A stretch of DNA of 64,000 bases from positions 287,680,001 through 287,744,000 of the forward strand of contig OZ024741.1 of assembly GCA_964016885.1 (NCBI GenBank). Direction: 5' to 3'. The notes beneath the pieces were generated by a model. The model was not told the origin of the DNA. It worked only from the letters and a program-made list of their open reading frames with translations, and did no database searches. The DNA is from Eledone cirrhosa (lineage: Eukaryota). Both the position numbers and the translations under genes were made by a program. Position 1 is the first letter of the stretch, and each line of letters starts with the position of its first letter. Shown one piece after another: positions 12,835 through 25,347 of this stretch.

Positions 12835-15245
12835 TATGAGGTGCATACTTGAAGCTTTGATTCTTTTTTAGAAGAAACAGCTATAATGGTCCTGGGTCGG
12901 ACGCCATGCTTTGCAGCAAAGAGTTATGGCCCTTTATGATTTGAGTTCAAATCCAGCTGAGGTTAACTTTGCCTTTCATCCTTACGGGGTCGATAAAATA
13001 AAGTACCAGTAATGTACTGGGTAATTGCTGGCCTTGTGCCAAAAGTAGAAACGATTATTATGTCGACTAGCAGAAAAACCACCCTCGGGTGGTTTTCTGC
13101 TAGCATGTGTTGTGTGTATATTATATTATACGCAAGTATATATGCATGTAGATATGATACATCAAATAACATCGTAATTGACAATATACACAGAAATTGA
13201 ACGAAGACTATGTTAAACTGTCTTATGTAATCAGTAACGTAATCCATGATACATTAAAAAAAAACGATATTATATATAAACTGCATTCGGAGAAAATTGG
13301 TGACAAAAATATATGAATATTTATTTAAATGATCACTAACCGGAAGTGTTGAAATTTGAAAATTTTAACGGGTGAATTTTTAAATAAGTAATAACATATA
13401 TTTAATGAACAGCCACGAAATTTAGTGAATAAATTATGTAATATTCATTCATTATTTATGCCGAGGTTTACTTTGCCTTTCATCCTTACGGGGTCGATAA
13501 AATAAAGTACCAGTAATGTACTGGGTAATTGCTGGCCTTGTGCTAAAAGTAGAAACAATTATTTATAGGCGGATTGGTAGTATCGGTAGAGGGTCGGATG
13601 ACATTCTTTGAAGCATAGAGTTACCTCCCTGATTCTATGCTTTGAAGCATAGAGTTACCTCCCTGTATGATCTGAGTTCAAATCCCGCCGAGGTTAACTT
13701 TGCCTTTCATCCTTCCGGGGTCGATAGAATAAAGTACCAGTAATGCATTGGGTAATTGCTGGCCTTGTGCCAAAAGTAGAAACAATTATTTATTCAAAGT
13801 AATCCAACTTATTTTACTAAGGGGATAAAAAATTATAAACCGTACGCAGTCCCGCGCTTCTTACTTTATTATAGTTTAGATTGGCAGTATCGGTAGAGGG
13901 TCGGACGCCATGCTTTCTAGCATAGTTACGTCACGTTACGTTCTGAGTTCAAATCCCGCCGAGGTTAACTTTGCCTTTCATCCTTACGGGGTTGATAAAA
14001 TAATAAAGTACCAGTAATATACTGGATAATTTGCTGGCCTTGTGCCAAATGTAGAAACAATTATTATAGTTTTAAAGGTAGGTGGATTGGAAGTATCGGT
14101 AGAGGGTCGGACGCCCTGCTTTGACGCATAGAGTTACGGCCCTTGCCATTCTGAGTTCAAATCCCGCCAAGGTTAACTTTGCCTTTCATCCTTACGGGGG
14201 TCGATAAAATAAAGTACCAGTAATACACTGGTTAATTGCTTGCCTTGTGCCAAAAGTAGAAACAATTATTATAGTTTTAATATAATTTTAAGGGTGGTGG
14301 TTTGGCAGTATCGGTAGAGCATCAGACATGCTTTGCAGCATAGAGTTACGGCCCTTTACGGTCTAAGTTCAAATCCCGCCGAGGTTAACTTTGCCTTTCA
14401 TCTTTACGGGGTCGATAAATAAAGCACCAGTAATGCACTGGTGCAATTGCTGGCCTTGTGCCAACAGTAGAAACAATTATTATAGTTTTAATATATTATT
14501 TCTATACCTCTAATACACTGACCTGACAAATTTTGCTATACCAGATTGAAGTAGACGACTGTAACAACACTTTGAACACATCCTACTGAACACTGCTTGC
14601 TACAGCTGATTAATTTTCAGAATGCTATCGGGATGTGAAGACAATTTGGAAGCTCGTAATGCAATAAGAATTTGAGTTAAACTGGTCGAAAATGGTACAG
14701 AAATTTATTAAATGATCCAAAATGCGAATGAATTAACTTATATGAGCTGAGAAGGGTAAAGTGGGGGTGAGAGACGATGAGAGGTATGTGAGAATGATGG
14801 ACATTAGAACATCAAAACTAGTTGAGGAAATTCGCAATTTTCTAGATAAAGACTTCTATGTGTTTATAAAGAAAATAGGCATGCAGTTTGAAGCTGGTGT
14901 TTTGCAAAGTTTGTTCCAAAGGGTGTTTAGTGAAAAATAGAAGAGAGGACAAAGATGGACATCAAAACTGTTCAACACACTCCGTACAGTCCAGATCTTG
15001 CTCCCTGTGACATTTGGGTGTTGCCTAAGAACCGAACGGTCAGTCGTTTTGAAGACATTGAGAAGATGAAAAGGGCTGTGACAAGGGTTCTAAACACCTT
15101 CATAGAGCCTTGGCAAAGTGGTTGGAGCGCTAAAACAGGTGCATTGATGTCAGAGGATCCTACATTGAATGGGATTAGAATTTTGTTTGAGATTAATAAA
15201 CGTTTCTCCTGCAGAACTCTCAAAACTTCCTGAAAGCACATTGTA
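12835..15245 (+). mobile_element. Decayed mariner transposon; transposase remnant at ~14650-15170, 5' TIR tentative
   Basis: HTPYSPDLAPCD motif (ORF 14955); N-terminal-like RNAIRI*VKLVENGTEIY*MIQNA near 14655. 12835-12878 partly matches the reverse complement of 15198-15245 (about two-thirds identity by eye). Confidence 0.7.
12894..14490 (+). mobile_element. Cluster of six same-orientation tRNA-derived SINE copies (~200 bp): 12894, 13460, 13568, 13879, 14081, 14293
   Basis: A-box-like TGGCAGTATCGGT; B-box GAGTTCAAATCC; central GCCTTTCATCCTTACGGGGTCGATAAAATAAAGTACCAG; tail GTAGAAACAATTATTAT. Confidence 0.92.
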
Positions 15246-15272
15246 TATATATATGTGTGTGTGTGTGTGTGT

Positions 15273-15543
15273 AAGAAAATGTATTTTTTAATAAAAAAAA
15301 AAAAAAAGAAAAGAAGAAAAATAGATGTCCTACACGGGTGAAAGTAAAAGGAAAAGAGATCGAAAATTCGACTGGAGTCTTTTTAAGAATATTCATTCAT
15401 TTCCTTTACCGGTTTCACAGCTCTTATGCTTTTCAAAAGTAAAATTGAGATGGAGGGTTTGTGGCTTGTCTCGCAAACCACAAACCCTCCATCACAATTA
15501 ATATTCTTAAAACGACTCCAGTTGCATTTTCGATTTCTCCTTG

Positions 15544-15545
<2 letters not shown>
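15273..15545 (-). mobile_element. Fold-back element of the 38141 family; hammerhead motif at 15404-15439 (-), deleted from the right arm
   Basis: Homologous to 38141-38517. Minus strand reads CTT-TTGAAAA-GCATAAGAGCTGT-GAAA-CCGG-TA-AAG. Confidence 0.75.
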
Positions 15546-15574
<29 letters not shown>

Positions 15575-15593
15575 ATAAGAACAAACAAACAAA

Positions 15594-15676
<83 letters not shown>

Positions 15677-15850
15677 CTAAGGCGGGTAAAATTCCCGAGA
15701 TCCATGGACGAGTTCTCTCCAGCGGTCTCTGTCCCTCATTATCGCTGCCATATCCTGCATCTCCAACAGACCAGTGTCTGTCCTTAGGGCATCAACATAT
15801 GTTAACCTTGGTCTTCCTCTTCTAGTGTGTCCATGTAGGGGCTCCCAAAG
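15677..15850 (-). mobile_element. RTE-X-like LINE 3' fragment
   Basis: Minus strand translates LWEPLHGHTRRGRPRLTYVDALRTDTGLLEMQDMAAIMRDRDRWREL. Confidence 0.75.
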
Positions 15851-15884
15851 GATATATATATATATATATATCAGTCAGCTACAA

Positions 15885-16140
15885 ATGTCAGCTACAAACG
15901 ACCACATTGTTCCCTTCCCCAATATCTATTTCCATTCGGAACACACACTCCCGTCGATGGATATGAAATCCAAAATATAGGGACGAATAAATCTCTTGCA
16001 AGGTAACTCCATCTCTGATTTTCTTTTTACGTATCTTTTTACGGTTTTTTTTTTCAACTTTCCCCTTCTTCCTACTACCACCTGATTTTGTTACCCGGAG
16101 ATTCATCCATCTGCATTGTAGAGGCTTACACAACGTCAAT
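15885..16140 (+). mobile_element. PLE terminal-repeat-like fragment (48508 family) with a degenerate hammerhead at 15948-15983
   Basis: Shares AAATCTCT..CAAGGTAACTC and GTTACCCGGAGATT..CCAT.TGCATTGT.GAGGCTT with 48930-49130; (TA)n on both sides. Confidence 0.65.
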
Positions 16141-16178
16141 TATATATATATATATTTATATATATATATGTATATGTA

Positions 16179-16245
<67 letters not shown>

Positions 16246-16742
16246 GAGAGGGGGGCGAGAGAGAGAGAGAAGTGGTAACACAACAGTTAGTTCACCATAC
16301 CGAGAACAATTGTTTCACCTTAGCGGATCCTCAGATATATATATATTATATATGTATATGTATGTATTTATATGTATGTATTAAATATATATGTATGTAT
16401 TTATATATATGCATATATATATACATATAAATAGAGAGGGAGAGAGAGAAAGAAAGAATGAGAAAGAGAAAGAGAGCGCGCTACATACACAGATCAATAC
16501 AGATATACATATATATGTAAAAGTGTTTTGGATGTGAGTTTGAGGAGGTTGAGTGTGTATATGTGATTTAGTTTATAGTTAGATGTAGGTTTATATAGCG
16601 ATGACGCGCTGACAATGTCCTGTCATATGAAGAGCTACAAATAGTGTCTACTTAGAGAGAACCTAATATATCTTTAAATGCCGGAGTAAATGTTCCAACT
16701 GCTGATCTCTCGTCTGATTTCTCGATACTCTCTCATCGCGCA

Positions 16743-16816
<74 letters not shown>

Positions 16817-17099
16817 CCTCCTTTCAACAATTTAATAACAGAAGAGGAACTAAATAAATGATTAAGAGGCGGGACCAATATTTTATTAAAATAGAAGACA
16901 TACAAGAGTTGCCAAGGGTATTTGTATTTAGTCACATAATCAACGACAGATCAAATATTGGTCACGCCAATGATAACAACAACAACAATTATATCCACAA
17001 TATCAAGACAAACTACAATAGCGACAGAAATGACGACAACAACAACTAAAACAATAGCCACCATGTAAACGATAAAAGTGCTGTTCATACAACTGGTTC

Positions 17100-17295
17100 T
17101 CTTCATCCTGAGTTTAAATCCGATTGGACTCAACTTTGCTTCCAATCCTTTCGGGGTTGATAAAATGAAGTACCATTACTCCATCCCTGGACAATAGACA
17201 GGCGGAAACATTAAAGCATCGGACAAGATGCCTTGTAGTAAGTATTTCCACTCTTTGCATTCTGAGTTCAAATCCCGCCTTGATCAACTTGGATG
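17100..17295 (+). mobile_element. Diverged tRNA-SINE fragments
   Basis: CTGAGTTCAAATCCCGCC and ATCCTTTCGGGGTTGATAAAATGAAGTACC motifs. Confidence 0.65.
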
Positions 17296-17489
17296 ATAAA
17301 CTTTATTATTACAACTTGGTTCCTTGGGTGTCTTAAGACAACTCCCCTCTTTTGCAAGTAATCAGATGCTGTCTCCGGTTTGAGGCTACCCTTCTCCCAC
17401 TCATCATTCTCAAGGGATCTGGAAAGGTGTTTAAACTATACCACTTCTCACTAAAAAGTAAAAGAATGTAAATAGTAATAACTATACTT

Positions 17490-17886
17490 CTCCACTATCA
17501 CCGCCACAACCATACCTCTTGCTACCATTCATAAATTCCATTGCCACTACCACCACCACCACAACCATCACCACTATTGCTGCAACTATCACCGCCGTCG
17601 CCACTACCATCACCACCAGCAACAACAGCAACAACAGCAGCAACAACAACAACAACAACAATAACACTACCACCACCGCCACAACATCACCACTATTGCT
17701 GCAACTATCACCGCCGCCGCCGCCGCCGCCACTACCATCACCACCAACAACAACAGCAACAACAGCAGCAACAACAACAACAACAACAATAACACTACCA
17801 CCACCGCCACAACCATCACCACTATCACCGCAACCATCGCCGCCACCACCGCTACCATCACCACCAACAACAACAGCAACAGCAGC

Positions 17887-17982
<96 letters not shown>

Positions 17983-18790
17983 AACACTACCACCACCGCC
18001 ACAACCATCGCCACTATCACCGCAACCATCACCGCCGCCGCCGCTACCATCACCACCACCAACAACAACAATAACACTACCACCACCACCACAACCATCA
18101 CTACTATTGCAGCAGCCATCACCACCGCCGCCACCACTACCATCACCACCACCAACAATAACAACAGCAACAACAGCGATAACACTACCACCACCATCAG
18201 AATCCCCATGTGTTACCTACAACCACTGATACCGCCACCACCACCTCCACCATCACCATCACCACCACAACATTTACTACCAGCATAGTCATCACCATCA
18301 ACATAACCATCACCATAGCCACTACTACCGTCACCATCACCATCATCATCACCACCATCGCCATCACCACCACCATCACCACCAACACCAACACCATTAC
18401 GTATACTACCAACATAGTCCTCCCCATCACCACCACCACCATCACCACCGCCACCAACACCACTTCATATACTACCACCATCACCACCACCATCACCACC
18501 ACCACCATCACCACCATCACCATCGCCATCACCACCATCACCACCATCGCCACCACCACCACCATCGCCACCATCACCACCACCACCACCACCAGCAGCA
18601 CCATCACCATCACCACCAACACCACTACATATACTACCCACATAGTCATCCGCACCACCATCACCACTACCTACCACCATCACTTCCACCACCATCACCA
18701 TCACTACCACCACCATCACCATCACCATCACCACCATCACCACCACCACCATCAATACCACCACCATCGCCATCACCGCCATCACCAGTA
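17490..18790. repeat. (CCA)n/(CAA)n low-complexity trinucleotide tract
   Basis: Pure and interrupted CCA, CAA and CAT runs; the overlapping ORFs are homopolymeric amino-acid runs. Confidence 0.95.
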
Positions 18791-19206
18791 CGACTGTGAT
18801 CACTGCCAGTGAGAAGATGACATCAAAATAGAAACCCTTTAAGCTAAATCTTATCAAAATGAATTAGAATATTCAGTTGTTTTTTGCTTTCTCAAACACA
18901 CACATGCATGTACATTTACACACATGTACATTCAAATACATTCATACAAACATACATAGGAATACGTAGATTTTATGATGCGGTTAATCATAACGGCTGG
19001 AAGAACTTAACATATACATACATCGAGACACGCACACATACACATAAATCGGCATACTATATATATCAAATGTATACCATTTTAGACCTATCATCTATCT
19101 ATATAAACATACATGCATGCATACATACCTACATACATACATACATACATACATACATACATACATACATACATACATACATACATACATACATACATAC
19201 ATACAT

Positions 19207-19640
19207 AGTGGCTGCCAACTCGTTTTCGAGTACGGCCACTACTTTATATCCATGTAAGAGAACCCCTACCGATGCGCTGAACGAGTGTGACTTTTTAGTC
19301 CAGCCAGCGACTTGAAAACTCTGGTACAAACACTACACCTGTGACAATTACTGACACATAGTGCTGGGCCCATGGTACCATGTGACGACAAGTGCAGAGA
19401 GATCTCCTGATACAAAGCAATGCCTGTGCCGTGAAGCTTTTATAGTGAGCAAAGGCATTACACAAAGCCAGTCCCACTCTCTTAACCAAGATGATATTTA
19501 CCAAAAAGAAGAACAAGTCAACATCATTGGATACCATCAGGGTTGCAGGTGTTATATCAGAGTTTTCCTTCTCCTAGAATTCTGCCTTGACAAAGGCTAA
19601 GGGGGTCATCTCTCCCGGTGATTTTGGATGGCCATTGACT
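19207..19640 (-). mobile_element. Bipartite non-autonomous RTE derivative (5' UTR fused to last zinc finger and 3' UTR), flanked by (CATA)n
   Basis: 5' part matches the RTE 5' UTRs at 9345 and 22330-22823; 3' part matches the RTE ORF end; junction near 19400. Confidence 0.82.
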
Positions 19641-19656
19641 CATACATACATACATA

Positions 19657-22320
19657 AGTGTCAATGAGGCCCCATCCCAGAAAGACATAGATTCCTTTTG
19701 GAAAAAAATATGGGGTGAAAAGAAGAATTTCAACCAAGATGCAGTGTGGCTAAGAGAAATCCGAAAGAACTATTGCTCCTACACTACAACAAAAACATAC
19801 GAAATAATTGAGGGTACCCTTGAGACTGATAGGAAAACTCCAAGATAAGAAAACACCAGGAAGAGACATGATTGTCGGCTACTGGTACAAAAAACTGATA
19901 TTCTATCGGAGGTATCTTACTGACCGCCACCAACAAGTTCTTAAGGGAAATACACTTATACCAGAATGGTTGACATTAGCACAAACATTACTGGTCCTCA
20001 AGAACAAAGACACCCACTTGGCAAAAAACTACCGACCCATTGCATGCCAGAACCTGATGAATAAGATGTATACAGCCTGCCTGGACCTATTCTTCCAAGA
20101 TCACTGTGAAAATAATAACATCATCACAGATGAACAAGCAGCTGGAAAGAAAGGAGTTTGGGGATGTGCTGAACAACTCCTAATCTATAAAACTGCGATG
20201 TCGGAGGTGCGACAACTTAGGAGGAATATGGCTACAGTCTGGCTGGACTACAGGAAAGCTTTCAATTCTGTTCCCCACTCTTGGATAATAGAGGCCCACC
20301 AACTTGTTAAAGTGCCAGACATTGTCAGAGCCATAGAGAAGCTGTCTTATCCTAAGGTTAAAGACAGAGAGGGAGGACTCTATTTTCATTGATAAAATAA
20401 AATATCACAGGGGTATATTTCAGGGAGACAGTCTCTCTGTGATATTATTCATCTTGTCATTAAACCCCTTGTCCTTTCTGCTCAAGAAATGTGAGGGATA
20501 CATCATTGGCTCACAGGAGGACAGAAATACGAACCTAACCCATAATTTCTTTGTGGATGATCTGAAACTCTATGGCAAGAACATGGATGGGATGAAGAAA
20601 AATCTTGACCTGGTTACAACGTTCTCAAAGGATATAGGAATGGAGTTTGGCCAAGATAAATGCTCATATATGACTGTAAAGCGGGGAAAAACAACAACCC
20701 AATCTAGCAATATTGTCATCAATGGCCTAACTGTTTCACCGATATCTGATGAGGACTGCTACAGATACCTGCGGATAGATGAGAACATATCCTATAATGG
20801 TATCTGTAATAAAGAACGCGTAACCAGGGAATACTACACCCGGTTAAGAAATATTTTGTCATCGGAACTCTCTGCGCACAATAAAACAGTGGCTCACAAT
20901 GTGTTTGCTGTGCCTGTCCTAACACCAACGTTTGGAATACTCAATTGGACAATAGACGAAATCCGAGCAGTTGATGTTGGAACTCGAAAAATACTAAACA
21001 ACACCGGAAACTTCCACATCAACAGTGACATAGACCGCCTTTACTTGAAACGTAAGCAGGGAGGCAGAGGCCTAACTTCAGTCCAGACAGCATTTGAATG
21101 TCGCATCATATCCTTCCGACAACATCTACGAACCTCGAAGCGTAGGAGTCCGTCTCTCGAGCAAGTCTATCTGCATGAAACAGATAAGATCATGAGAGTT
21201 TGGAAGGAACTCCTCGAGAGATATTCCCTGTGTGATAATCAGAAACTCACACCCAGGGAAGTCGCTCAGCAGTATCGCAGTGAATCCATGGAGGAAAAAC
21301 TGAATGCTTATCAGCAAAACATCATGCATGGATATGTTGCCAGGAAGCTCCAGAGTGAGATAAGGAAAGTAGTCTATCTTGGACCAACAACCACTATATT
21401 GGCTCCCACTTTGAAGGATACACTTTTGCAATCCAAGAACAGGAAATTAACACGAAATACCTGATTCACAAAAGAGATAGGGATGCACGCAAAACACCTA
21501 GATGTGATAACAAGTGCAGACTCTGCAGAACTAACATCGAAGATATCACCCATGTCATCAGCAGCTGTCCAAAGATGTCATCGCGGTACTATCTACCTAT
21601 GAGGTATGATGCAGTGGCCAAAACACTGTACAATGCAGTCCGTAAAAAAGATAGCCCCGATAATAAACACATTAAAAGCTACAACAATGTGGAAGACATC
21701 CACGTACATAATATGAAAGAGTACTGGTGGAATGTTCCAGTAAAAACCCCAATAAAATGCAGGCATATCAGACCAGATATTATAATATGGGACAGGGAGA
21801 AGAAAGCATGCACAGTAGTGGAAATTAGCTGCCCAGCAGATGCCAATATAATATCAAAGATTAGCGAAATGCAGAACTGATGAGAAATCTGCAGATACTC
21901 CACCCTGATTACACCTTCAGATTTATGCCTGTGATTATTGGGGCACTGGGGTATGTTGGTAACTGCCTCAATACAAATCTTGAGAAGCTAGGCTTCACAG
22001 GAACAGAAAGAACACAACTAGTTAGGAAATCACAAGTACAATCCATTAATGGAACAGTAAAAATACGTAAAACATTCCAAAAATGTTGCATCTAATAACT
22101 GCATATACACATGTACAGATACAAAGCATATATACATGCACACATACAACTCAAAACATACACATCCACACATACAATAACATCCATATCTACACATGCA
22201 TGCATACATAATCTACCTAGTTGATGTTGTGTAAATTCCAATGAGAGAGTCTTGTGTCTATGTTAGAAACTGACTCTCTCTCTATTGGTAAAAATTTGTG
22301 AAATTATAAAACCAGAAGAA
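19657..22320 (+). mobile_element. R4/Dong-like non-LTR retrotransposon (RT + CCHC + restriction-like endonuclease), 5'-truncated, frameshifted
   Basis: YRPIAC, WLDYRKAF, GIFQGDSLS, FVDDLKLY, RLYLKRKQGGRGL, CRLC..EDITHVISSC, RPDIIIWD..VVEISCP; 3'-UTR hairpin at 22238-22288; CATA repeats on both sides. Confidence 0.88.
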
Positions 22321-22329
22321 CATACATGA

Positions 22330-22823
22330 TTGCAATACTCTGCTAAGCGTACTGCAATCGCTTGTCAGATTATCGAGTTTGATGCACTTTTAGTTATAGG
22401 CAGCGGCCAGCCACACGAACCTTTAACATATCCTGAACAAACAATGCCTGTGCTTTGAAGGTTTTTTTAAGTGGGGAAAGGCCTTGCACTCGACCAATCC
22501 CACCCTCTGGGCATCGAAAATACTACCCGAAAAGGAGAACTGGTCAACATCATCGTGTGCTTCCGAAACCGCAGGTTTTGTGGGGGGGGGGGGGGGGTTC
22601 AGAGTTTCTCTCTCCTAGAAAGGTGTTGTGACAACAACTTTTGGCCTTTTACTCCCAGGTTAAAAAGGGAGAAAAAAAAGTACTATTTAGATGGCCGTTG
22701 ACTCTACTAAGTTCCTCCACCCTTCTCCGGGTCTTGTATTTCATCCTGCAAGGTGTCCAAATATCACTCTCCTCACCAAGCAAGCTTGGTGGGGTTGTCG
22801 GTTTAATCGCCGACAACCTGACC
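22330..22823 (-). mobile_element. RTE LINE 5' end/UTR
   Basis: Minus strand has CTAGGAGAGAGAAACTCTGAACC, AAAACCTGCGG, GATGATGTTGA and CACAGGCATTG, as in the other RTE 5' UTRs; abuts (CATA)n at 22824-22881. Confidence 0.7.
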
Positions 22824-22883
22824 ACATACATACATACATACATACATACATACATACATACATACATACATACATACATACAA

Positions 22884-23520
22884 TGTGCACCCCAAGTAAA
22901 CAAAAGAGTGAACTACATCCAATCTAGTGTCATGTACTACAATATTTGGTTCGACATATGATTCACCTATAGCAGGTGTGAACATAACCTTTATTTTCGT
23001 GGGGCTGATTTGAAGACCAAAGGCAGTAGACGAAGCTGCAAATCGATTCATAATGTATTGCATGTTCTTCAGAGTGAACCAAAAGGCCAACATCATCTAT
23101 ATAAAGAAGCTCTTTTATCGTTACTCGAAATGTTTTTGAACTTAAATTGAATCTTCTCAAAATAAAGACTCTTCCTATAATCCGAGATTGTAAGAATGTC
23201 TTTTTCACAGTTCTGAAATGTGTAAGCAGTACAGTAAATAATACATAGTAGAAGGCAACTTGTGTCCGAGTACAGCCACTTCTTTGAAATATTTTTTAAA
23301 AAAACAGACATAGGCAAAAAACGTGGTGTTGCTTTGACAGATATGGATGGTGGAATATATGGCTCTCCAGGGGGATGTTGGTATATCACCATATCTTTTT
23401 CAGGCTTCTTGTCGGCCCAAACTGCCGAGAAGCAGTCCATCAGATGTTGAAGGTCTTCTTCCGTGTGGCTAGCAAAGTCACAATTGTCTGCATAAAGAAG
23501 GGTGATAAAAATGTCCTGTT
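22884..23520 (-). mobile_element. Two decayed RTE reverse-transcriptase fragments
   Basis: KELLYIDD...EPNIVVHDTRLDVVHSFVYLG and LLYADNCDFASHTEEDLQH, collinear with the RTE at 9846. Confidence 0.8.
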
Positions 23521-23629
23521 CTTTACAATTTATCTGCCGAGAAAGTGACCGGTCAAAAGTAAGCCCAAAACTAAGAGGCAGGGGCATACATGCATGACAT
23601 GCATGAATCTTTAACTTCTGTAGGAGGAG

Positions 23630-23755
23630 TAGGGGTGGCTTAGTGATATACCTGGAAATGCTGAGATTTTCCAAGAATGAAAATAACCCGCATCCTCCAA
23701 ATCAGGGGTACGGTGAATATCTGAAAGACATTCCAAAGTTTCTGCATTTTTATTT
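23630..23755 (+). mobile_element. R4/Dong-like 3' ORF remnant
   Basis: GTVNI*KTFQSFCI versus GTVKIRKTFQKCCI at 22051-22092. Confidence 0.55.
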
Positions 23756-24291
23756 TTTCTAATATATACGCACCACAACTAAGTAATGTTTTCAATCTTT
23801 TCAATGTTTTCAATCTTTTGAAAGTTTCACATATCGTGGTCATTTGTAGCTATCAATAGCCTATACCCTCGCTATCCCAACGGTTAGGGCCTGGACAGTG
23901 TGTGAGAACGTTCTCTGACATGTTGAACTTCAGGTGCAAGTTACCTCATGGACAAAGTGGACAGAATACAGAAAGTTTAACCACATGTGGTCGTGTGCAT
24001 ATGACAAACACACACATACATACGCACATTCGTAAAGAGTAATCACACACACACACACATACAAACACACGCACGCACAAATACCGTATACAAGAGAGAC
24101 ATACACGCTACAAACATGTGTAGGAGTATAACCACACACACCTATATGTATGCACACACACACTAACTCACTCTATTTACAAATTCCTGTACTGTATTGA
24201 CACAAAAACAAAAGGTCTTGAATTCTGTAAAATACTGGAATAAATCAGAAAAAATACATAAATATACGTGCATATATATATATATATATAT

Positions 24292-24897
24292 ATAAACGGA
24301 AAAAATGAAACGATATTTCATTTCCCACTCTTAGTACGGCTGTTACTTAAATATAAGTATGTACACGTACATACATATATGTATACCGACGTACAGTAGT
24401 ATGTATATATATATATATACATACATGCACACATATGCATATGCACGTATGGATTCACCGAATATTTATTATAATGCTCGGTGTGTTTGTAAACAAACAT
24501 CCCGTATTAAGCCGTAGTGTCTAGCAACCACCGTTGCTCGTTTGTTCAACACTGACAAAGGAACGCTGTACTAGTTTCAAGCTTGTTAGCTATCGTCAGC
24601 AACGTATACCTTCCTGCCAGATTGTTGAACGTATATACTTACCTTATGCATATTAACGGCTGAGTAGCCCAATTTGCATATCGAGTGGGTTAATTGGCCG
24701 GGTGCACCGAAAACGATAAACGGAAAAAATGAAACGATATTTCATTTCCCACTCTTAGTACGGCTGTTACTTAAATATAAGTATGTACACGTACATACAT
24801 ATATGTATACCGACGTACAGTAGTATGTATATATATATATACATACATGCACACATATATATATGCACGTATGGATTCACCGAATATTTATTATAAT
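24292..24897 (-). mobile_element. Non-coding hammerhead-bearing element, ~1.4 copies of a 424-bp unit, in (TA)n
   Basis: Direct repeats 24292-24475 and 24716-24897; hammerhead between them. Confidence 0.8.
24564..24604 (-). ncRNA. Minimal type-I hammerhead ribozyme
   Basis: CGTTG-CTGACGA-T-AGCT(AACA)AGCT-T-GAAA-CTAG-TA-CAGCG. Confidence 0.78.
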
Positions 24898-24898
24898 T

Positions 24899-24966
<68 letters not shown>

Positions 24967-25297
24967 ATATATGTGTGTATGTGTGTGTATATGTATATAT
25001 ATATGTTTGTGTGTGTGTATGTCTGTGTGTGTCTATGTGTGGCTGTGTGTGTTTGTCTGTGTATGTGTGGGTGTGGGTGTGGGTGTGGGTGTGTGGGTGG
25101 AGGGAGGGGGGGGGGGGTCTCTGGATATATTGTACTTCTATTATAAATACATTATTTTGTGTTCAAACATGATAGCGACGCCGGCAGCGATGAGCAGGAG
25201 AAAGACGAGGAGAGGAAAGAAGAGTAAGGAAGAGGAAACAAATGCAATATAACGAATGCCTGTGGCAAAGTGATAATAACAGCAATAAATAGATAGG

Positions 25298-25346
<49 letters not shown>

Positions 25347-25347
<1 letters not shown>

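Noticed and set aside
17310-17480. Possible host exon after a minus-strand acceptor-like pyrimidine tract
   Set aside because: No convincing donor, short frames and no recognisable protein motif.
17482-18857. Mucin- or extensin-like ORFs
   Set aside because: Open in several frames on both strands because CCA/CAA repeats lack stop codons; no splice or domain support.
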